From positions 485,609 to 549,608 of the forward strand of contig CAYYWQ010000001.1 in assembly GCA_964474825.1 (NCBI GenBank): a DNA stretch of 64,000 nt, given 5' to 3'. Made by a program: the position numbers and the translations under genes. Source of the stretch: an uncultured Candidatus Saccharibacteria bacterium (GTDB lineage Bacteria > Patescibacteriota > Doudnabacteria > UBA920). Under the pieces are notes generated by a model. It worked only from the letters and a program-made list of their open reading frames with translations, was not told where the DNA came from and did not search any database. Numbering within the stretch: the stretch's first letter is position 1; each line of letters opens with the position of its first letter. This document shows, piece by piece, positions 58,080 through 64,000 of this stretch.

Positions 58080-58571
58080 TTACTTTATAAACAGACGATA
58101 AAAAAAGCCAAAAAATGGGTCAGACTTTTCTCCAAAAGCCATAACACCTCCCAGACCACCGGTAATTGTTACAGATATAAGTCCTAACATCGCTAAGATA
58201 ATTATCCATTTTGATTCAACAATTTTTGTGCCGCAGTCTACAGCCAGTTTCCAAAACCGATTTTGAACGGGTATAACTTTTCCCAACCAGGCAAAGGCAT
58301 AACTTAAGGCAATGGCAAGAAAAATCCCAAAAGTTGTCCAAGCAAAAAACTCATGATACTCCAAAGCCGGATGGCCTTCCATTAAATCTTCTATAAGTAA
58401 ACCGGTTGTAATAGTAACCACAGCGGACAGAGCCCCAATAATCACCAACACAGCCTTAATGTAAAACCAATAGAGTTGGCGGGTTATAAAATCAAAACGC
58501 GCCATTTCCGCTAAAGCGTAAATAGTAAAAAATGCTATGGGAAAATGGACAAAAATTACATGTAAATTCAT
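58080..58571 (-). CDS. DUF2231-like membrane protein
   Basis: LHVIFVHFPIA; TG; H; TGGLGG. Confidence 0.8.
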   Translation of the reverse strand: MNLHVIFVHFPIAFFTIYALAEMARFDFITRQLYWFYIKAVLVIIGALSAVVTITTGLLIEDLMEGHPALEYHEFFAWTTFGIFLAIALSYAFAWLGKVIPVQNRFWKLAVDCGTKIVESKWIIILAMLGLISVTITGGLGGVMAFGEKSDPFFGFFYRLFIK

Positions 58572-58575
58572 AAAT

Positions 58576-58670
58576 CTACGGAACTACGGATTAGATTCAC
58601 TACAGATACCTACAGAAAACTGCAGTCCTTCCGTAGGTATCTGTAGTGTTTTACTTCTGTAGTTCTGTAG
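58576..58670. repeat. MITE-like hairpin built from CTACRGAW units
   Basis: 42-bp arms 58576-58617 and 58629-58670 have mirror-image unit spacing. Confidence 0.85.
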
Positions 58671-58722
58671 ACATTATAGCAGATTTTGACAACTGTAAAA
58701 GACTATGGGAGAATAAGTTTAG

Positions 58723-60246
58723 ATGCCACTAACACTCAAAAGAAAAATTCCGGCCACAATGGCCACCCAGCATCCGGACCACGCGGCCCGGCCGTTCTGG
58801 CATAAAGATATTTTTATTCCCGCTGTTGAAGAAGCACGGGAATTATTTTTGTCTTTTTCCGACTTAGGCATTTCCGAATACAAGTGGGACTGGGAAGGAA
58901 AATTAGTTGACGAATCTGTCTTGGAACGTTTAATGGCCCAGTATTTTGACTACTTTAAAAAGAACAAATTAGGTTGGGACAAATTCCTGACTTTCCGCCT
59001 CCCTAACCCAAAAGTAGAAACAGAATTTAGGCTGGGCCGGGCTCTTATGGGCATTGCTTCTTCTGCGGCTCTTGCCAAACAAGTTGGTATACACTCCCCT
59101 CCTTTGTTTGAGGTAATTTTACCAATGACCGAAAGCGCGGAAGAAATGTTGGCTATTCAGGAAGCATTTAAAGAAATTGCTCACTTAAAACATCCATTAA
59201 ACCGTTTTGAAAAAGACATTCTTAGCCACATAATGATGGTGCCACTTTTTGAACAAGTCAGCACTATTATTAACTCCCATAAAATTTTAGAAAAATATTT
59301 ACGGGACCACAAAAAAATATTTGGTTTCGCTCCGGCTTACATGAGGCCTTATGTGGCACGCTCAGACCCCGCGCTTAACTCCGGCATTGTGCCCACCGTT
59401 ATTGCCATAAAAATTGCTTTGTCGCGCTACAAAAAATTTGAACGTAAACATAAACTACCAATGTTTCCGGTAATTGGCTGTGGCTGCCTGCCTTTCCGCG
59501 GCGGTTTGTATCCGCTTAGGCCGGAAAGATTCATAAATGAATACAAAGGCATTCGCACTGTAACTATTCAGAGCGCCTTTAGGTATGACTATCCTAAACA
59601 AACAGTAATAAAAGCAATTAAAGCCCTGGAAAAAGGTTTGCCAAAAAATCAGCCCGTGGTAATGACAGATTCCGAGGAAGAAAAGCTGGTGCAGGCCATA
59701 AAACCTTTTGAAGCTGCCTATAAAAATACCGTAGAAGGCTTGGCACCCGTAATTAACAAACTTGCCACGTTTATTCCCAGAAGGCGTGAACGTGTTCAGC
59801 ATATTGGACTCTTTGGCTACAGCCGCGGTACTGGAAAAGTTAGCTTGCCACGCGCTATTAGCTTTACGGCTATATTATATTCTTTGGGCGTGCCGCCGGA
59901 ACTTATTGGCACTGGCCGCGGTTTGGCTGCCGCGCGCAGAGCGGGCACACTCCCGCTAATAGAAAAGCATTACACCAACCTGAGGCATGATTTGTATTTT
60001 GCAGGAAAGTTTTTATACAAACCGGGTCTAGCTAATTTAGCCAAAAAATCCAAAGCCTGGAAAAATATTTTAGAAGACGTGGAAGAAATAGAAAATTATT
60101 TAGGTAAACCACTTGCGCCAAAGTATTTAAATGAACAAGAACACCAGCTAATTTCCGCAAGAATCCATAAAAACTTAAACTCCAGCAAAGAAACTTTAGG
60201 TAAGCTTATAGAACAATCGGCTGTCTTGAGAAAAAGCATGGGGTAA
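58723..60246 (+). CDS. ppcA: Phosphoenolpyruvate carboxylase, archaeal type
   Basis: KIPATMATQHPD; WDWEGK; ARSDPALNSG; LPFRGG; QSAFRYD; LPRAISFT. Confidence 0.93.
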   Translation: MPLTLKRKIPATMATQHPDHAARPFWHKDIFIPAVEEARELFLSFSDLGISEYKWDWEGKLVDESVLERLMAQYFDYFKKNKLGWDKFLTFRLPNPKVETEFRLGRALMGIASSAALAKQVGIHSPPLFEVILPMTESAEEMLAIQEAFKEIAHLKHPLNRFEKDILSHIMMVPLFEQVSTIINSHKILEKYLRDHKKIFGFAPAYMRPYVARSDPALNSGIVPTVIAIKIALSRYKKFERKHKLPMFPVIGCGCLPFRGGLYPLRPERFINEYKGIRTVTIQSAFRYDYPKQTVIKAIKALEKGLPKNQPVVMTDSEEEKLVQAIKPFEAAYKNTVEGLAPVINKLATFIPRRRERVQHIGLFGYSRGTGKVSLPRAISFTAILYSLGVPPELIGTGRGLAAARRAGTLPLIEKHYTNLRHDLYFAGKFLYKPGLANLAKKSKAWKNILEDVEEIENYLGKPLAPKYLNEQEHQLISARIHKNLNSSKETLGKLIEQSAVLRKSMG

Positions 60247-60247
60247 T

Positions 60248-60400
60248 ATGGAAAACAAAGAAAATTTTATTGATGAAATACGGGATCAAGAATTAGAACA
60301 CTACAACGATGTCCGAAGTGATGAATTTGGGTATTCTCCTCCGGCAAATGAATGGGCGGATAAAGATAACCCAAAAACTCCGAAAAATAAACAAAAATAA
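60248..60400 (+). CDS. Small acidic hypothetical protein (50 aa, not in track)
   Basis: MENKENFIDEIRDQELEH.. starts 1 nt after ppcA stop. Confidence 0.4.
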   Translation: MENKENFIDEIRDQELEHYNDVRSDEFGYSPPANEWADKDNPKTPKNKQK

Positions 60401-60507
60401 TTTAAATTTATTACCACTTTTACTACAAATGGATATAAAGTGGTAATTTTTTATTGGTTAAAAATGTTAGATTCGGCGGGAAGAGGTTTTCCCGCCGAAT
60501 CCAGACG

Positions 60508-60807
60508 TTAGGCGACCAAATGGGCTGCGACAAAATGGTACGGGCAGGGCGCCCGCGGATCTAGAGCGAGAACAGGAGCGAGAAACTCCGTTCCGCAATC
60601 ACCGCAGACCGCGCTGATGCGACCCCAGCTTTGATAGCTAGAGCGGAAGTGCTCCCCTCCGCACATGGGACATCTTCGGGACTCTCGAATCCCGCGATAA
60701 TCCAGTTTTCCACAGAGGATATTATCGCACCGAGACGAAACCATCCACTCGCCAACCTTCAGTTTTACCTTGCAGTGGGCACAATGACCCACTTTTGGCC
60801 CTATCAT
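60508..60807 (-). CDS. GC-rich Cys-rich zinc-ribbon-like protein
   Basis: GGGGAGG RBS; CAHC, CDNILC, CPMC, CGDC. Confidence 0.6.
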   Translation of the reverse strand: MIGPKVGHCAHCKVKLKVGEWMVSSRCDNILCGKLDYRGIRESRRCPMCGGEHFRSSYQSWGRISAVCGDCGTEFLAPVLALDPRAPCPYHFVAAHLVA

Positions 60808-61023
60808 ATTACTTTTCCTCCCCAAAGTTTTCAGTGCTGACCGCAATCACCCTCTTGGGATTTACATAACGGGCACCATCCGAAAACCTTATACTAAAAA
60901 AGCCCTTGCTTTCGCAAGGGCTTTGAAATTGCAATTCAAAGTCAACCCTTGCGAAGCAAAGGCATCATCATGCTGCTGAATTGGAAATTCCTGAATGTCA
61001 TATTTATATGTTAAGATTAGTCT

Positions 61024-61965
61024 ATGAATAAAAATGTGTCAAATTCTTCTGTTCTAATAGTTGGCTCAATAGCTTACGATACAATTAAAACACCCTTTGG
61101 GGAAATTGATAATGCCTTAGGCGGCAGCGGAACTTATTTTAGCCTGACTTCTTCTTTGTTTTCCAAAACCCAAATTGTTGGCGTTGTGGGAGAAGATTTT
61201 AAAAAGGCTGATGAACAATTATTATTAAGTCATGGGGTAGATATTTCCGGCATTGAACACCAAGCAGGAAAAACTTTTCGTTGGGGCGGAGAATATAGTT
61301 TTGATTTAAATAACAGAACAACTTTATTTACAGAACTAAACGTTTTGGAAAATTTTGACCCAAAACTTTCTGAAAATCATAAACAAGCGGAATACGTTTT
61401 TCTGGGCAACACACACCCAAGCGTACAAAAAAAAGTTTTAGAGCAAATGACTCAGGCAAAATTTATTGGCCTGGACACCATGAATTTTTGGATAGAAAAA
61501 ACACCTAACGAGCTTAAAGAAGTTCTAAAATTAACAGACTGTCTAATTATTAACGACTCCGAGGCAAGGGAGTTTTCCAAGGAACATAACCTGGTTAAGG
61601 CTGCAAAAAAAATAATGGGGGCCATGGGCGAAAAGGAAAGCAAAACCCTCATAATCAAACGCGGGGAATATGGACTGCTAATGTTCAATAAAAACGAAAT
61701 TTTTCATTTACCGGGCTACCCCTTGGAAGACGTTGTTGACCCCACAGGCGCGGGAGACAGTTTTGCCGGTGGGTTTATGGGCTTTTTGGCAAAGACACAA
61801 GACTCAACTTTTGAAAACTTAAAACGAGCCTGTGTTTACGGTTCGGTTACTGCTAGCTTTTGCTGCGAAAAATTGGGAACCAACCGGCTCCAAGAAATAA
61901 CAGCCGCCGATATTAACCAAAGATTTAAAGAATTCAAACAGCTGACCCAATTTGAAACACTTTAA
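61024..61965 (+). CDS. PfkB family carbohydrate/nucleoside kinase
   Basis: GGSG; DPTGAGDSFAGGF. Confidence 0.92.
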   Translation: MNKNVSNSSVLIVGSIAYDTIKTPFGEIDNALGGSGTYFSLTSSLFSKTQIVGVVGEDFKKADEQLLLSHGVDISGIEHQAGKTFRWGGEYSFDLNNRTTLFTELNVLENFDPKLSENHKQAEYVFLGNTHPSVQKKVLEQMTQAKFIGLDTMNFWIEKTPNELKEVLKLTDCLIINDSEAREFSKEHNLVKAAKKIMGAMGEKESKTLIIKRGEYGLLMFNKNEIFHLPGYPLEDVVDPTGAGDSFAGGFMGFLAKTQDSTFENLKRACVYGSVTASFCCEKLGTNRLQEITAADINQRFKEFKQLTQFETL

Positions 61966-61971
61966 TATTCA

Positions 61972-62001
61972 AAAAACACCCCGACGAATCGGGGTGTTTT
62001 T
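61972..62001. terminator. Bidirectional intrinsic terminator
   Basis: AAAAACACCCCGA-CGAA-TCGGGGTGTTTTT. Confidence 0.85.
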
Positions 62002-62003
62002 AT

Positions 62004-62456
62004 TTAATCTTGTTTGTCTTTCATCCAATTGTCCATTATGTCTGGGTTAAAATGGTAAGTCCGTCCGCGAACTTGCCATTCTAAGGGAATTTTAAAAAAT
62101 ACCATAACAACAGCCGCGGCAACAACTAGCATTAAAATAATGCTAATAATTTTAGCAAACCAATTGCCGTGGGCCAAAATGGAAAGCCCGGCAAAAATTA
62201 TTAGCACCGGCCAAATATGTGAGAAAAATACACCCCAAGGTACAGGCTCAACATAACCTAAAGAGCGGGCCAAAAGCATTGCGCCTATTAAAACAACAAT
62301 CAAACCCCAAAAAAAACTGCTGACCCAGTCCCCGCCTTTGTAATGATGGCGATAGCTTAAATTATCAAACCGCTTCATTTGCTCCTGCTCGGGCGTGGCT
62401 TTTTCTTCCACTGGCCTGGGCTGGTATGGGGTTTGCTGATTTTGATTATTATCCAT
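62004..62456 (-). CDS. LiaF/DUF5668-like membrane protein
   Basis: FWGLIVVLIG..L; WPVLIIFAG. Confidence 0.7.
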   Translation of the reverse strand: MDNNQNQQTPYQPRPVEEKATPEQEQMKRFDNLSYRHHYKGGDWVSSFFWGLIVVLIGAMLLARSLGYVEPVPWGVFFSHIWPVLIIFAGLSILAHGNWFAKIISIILMLVVAAAVVMVFFKIPLEWQVRGRTYHFNPDIMDNWMKDKQD

Positions 62457-62466
62457 AAATTTTAAA

Positions 62467-62949
62467 TTAGCTACGATGTCCGCGGGACAAAATCGAAATA
62501 CCAACAATAATTATGGCAACGGGCCACAACACGTCCCAACGGATCCAGTTTTGTGGAAATAATTTATTAACTAAAAGCAAGGCCCCAACAATAACAACGA
62601 TCATACCAAACCAAGCGCGGCTGTTATTTCTGTGCTTTTGAAATTCCGGCGAACGCCTGGCTTCTGCTGCCCAGTGCTGGGCACTGCCTTTTACGTCTGC
62701 TACGAAGTCATGGAATTGGCCTTTAGGGTCAACTCCCGGTTCAGGCTGTCCCGGCCATGGAGCTTTGGGAATTATAATGGCTAACAATATATACAGCAAA
62801 ACCCCGCCTCCGCCCGCAAAAACTAATACCGCAAAAATTATGCGAAAAATAAGCGGGTCCATATTAAAATATTCGCCCATGCCGCCGCAAACCCCGGCAA
62901 TAATTTTGTCCGTCCGGCTTCTATACAATCTTTTAGGTAAATTTTCCAT
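62467..62949 (-). CDS. PspC domain membrane protein
   Basis: RLYRSRTDKIIAGVCGG..YF..DP..R; C-terminal WPVAII. Confidence 0.92.
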   Translation of the reverse strand: MENLPKRLYRSRTDKIIAGVCGGMGEYFNMDPLIFRIIFAVLVFAGGGGVLLYILLAIIIPKAPWPGQPEPGVDPKGQFHDFVADVKGSAQHWAAEARRSPEFQKHRNNSRAWFGMIVVIVGALLLVNKLFPQNWIRWDVLWPVAIIIVGISILSRGHRS

Positions 62950-63077
62950 AAATTTTAAATTAATAATTTGTCGCTTTTAATTATACTACTTTTTTAAGTT
63001 TGCATCCACTGAATTGACTAAACCGCTGAAAATACGTAGACTACTGTCAGTCTGAAGCAATAAGGAGGAGGACACAC

Positions 63078-63290
63078 ATGTCGCACCGGCGGCAAAGAAC
63101 TCGTACAGAAAAAAGGGTTACTGAGCCTCGCTCACTAATAATCCCTATCGGGGTTAATCCTGCGAGCGAAGCTATCGGCTGCAATTTCGCGCTCCGGGAC
63201 TGTAACAAAGAATTGGCTAAGATTCGCCGAGACCACGAGGACCCGGCCGCGCAACTAGCGCGGCCAGAAGGACTGACAAAACAGACATGA
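63078..63290 (+). CDS. GC-rich hypothetical protein
   Basis: AAGGAGGAGG RBS; promoter-like TTGACT upstream. Confidence 0.45.
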   Translation: MSHRRQRTRTEKRVTEPRSLIIPIGVNPASEAIGCNFALRDCNKELAKIRRDHEDPAAQLARPEGLTKQT

Positions 63291-63496
63291 ACGGAAGAAA
63301 AGACGCGCACAAAGGAAGTCCCTGCCACGGGACACTGGATTTTCAACTCGCCCCCACAGCTTCCACGGCTCCGCAGGAAGAAGACGAGTCAGAAGCGTTG
63401 GTATACAACCCGGTTTTCTACGGCCGCACACGGCCGATTTACAAAACCGATAGCGGTAATGTGGCGGGCTCGTCGCAATTGCCAAAGAACCGCTAG
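63287..63496 (+). CDS. GC-rich hypothetical protein
   Basis: ATGA overlap with previous ORF; followed by GC hairpin. Confidence 0.35.
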   Translation: MNGRKDAHKGSPCHGTLDFQLAPTASTAPQEEDESEALVYNPVFYGRTRPIYKTDSGNVAGSSQLPKNR

Positions 63497-63803
63497 TCGA
63501 CATCGCTCTACCCAATGGTGGGCGCGAGTTTCAAGACTCCGCGCCCACTCATCATTTCATATATATTCCATTTGTGGAAAACTTCAAAATACTTCAAAAA
63601 TCAAGCTCAAATTCAACCATTTGACACCATAATATAATCTGTTATTATAAGAAAGTAAAACATAATATAAAGTTAAAAAAAACACCCTAACGCTCTTTTT
63701 GAGCAATTTGCAAACAGGTGTTTTTTGCGTTTAAGATGTAGCCCATCTTAAATCATTAATCTTAAATCCTAAATCTACTAGGGGGGAGAAAGAAACAAAT
63801 TAT

Positions 63804-64000
63804 ATGGCTAGAAAAATAATGGCCGAATACATTTGGCTGGACGGACGTAAGCCCACAGCAAAACTTCGGTCAAAAACTAAGGTTATTAGCGGTTCAGTTG
63901 AACGAGTGGAAGACATCCCCTTTTGGGGTTTTGACGGCAGCTCCACAGAACAAGCCGAAGGTCATTTTAGTGACTGCATGCTTAAGCCGGTGTCTTTTAT
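63804..64000 (+). CDS. glnII: Glutamine synthetase type II, N-terminal part (truncated by window; not in track)
   Basis: MARKIMAEYIWLDG..LRSKTK..WGFDGSSTEQAEG..SDC.LKPV. Confidence 0.88.
   Translation, partial: MARKIMAEYIWLDGRKPTAKLRSKTKVISGSVERVEDIPFWGFDGSSTEQAEGHFSDCMLKPVSF

Noticed and set aside
9793-59959. Many antisense ORFs overlapping housekeeping genes (e.g. 9793..10446, 15796..16353, 30145..30618)
   Set aside because: They have no motifs or start signals and lie opposite well-supported genes.
63078-63496. Programmed frameshift joining two ORFs
   Set aside because: An ordinary ATGA overlap explains the arrangement, and I have no homology evidence for a fusion.
63666-63726. Glutamine riboswitch before glnII
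   Set aside because: A stem AAAAAACACC..GGTGTTTTTT is present, but the glnA-motif consensus is not recognisable.

Overview
AT-rich bacterial chromosome segment with the gene content and style of a Patescibacteria/CPR organism. Most genes lack a Shine-Dalgarno site, operons are compact, and there are many orphan membrane or secreted proteins; Doudnabacteria-like is my inference. Housekeeping content: aspS, hisS, scpA/scpB, lexA, rplJ/rplL with an L10 leader, mnmA, dus, lgt, rmlBDA, a DEAD-box helicase, hppA, ppcA, partial glnII, and tRNA-Glu/Gln/Gly. It also holds a sugar operon, a sortase next to a large repeat surface protein, and queuosine-related genes. Three unusual signals stand out. (1) A four-helix-bundle gene in the lexA operon is bracketed by inverted arms of five TAG-led 7-nt units. 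Gene-less copies of this element lie in an intergenic region, in the rplJ leader and in frame inside mnmA, and related periodic tracts lie inside rmlD, lgt and dus. (2) A tRNA-Gly locus has a GIY-YIG nuclease gene and an intact tRNA nested between two tRNA fragments, each broken by the same GC hairpin directly after TTC. (3) About seven solitary GC-rich gene cassettes are scattered through the window, including a PEP-CTERM protein. No CRISPR array, integrase or reverse transcriptase was seen. All family calls come from motif recognition, not database searches.
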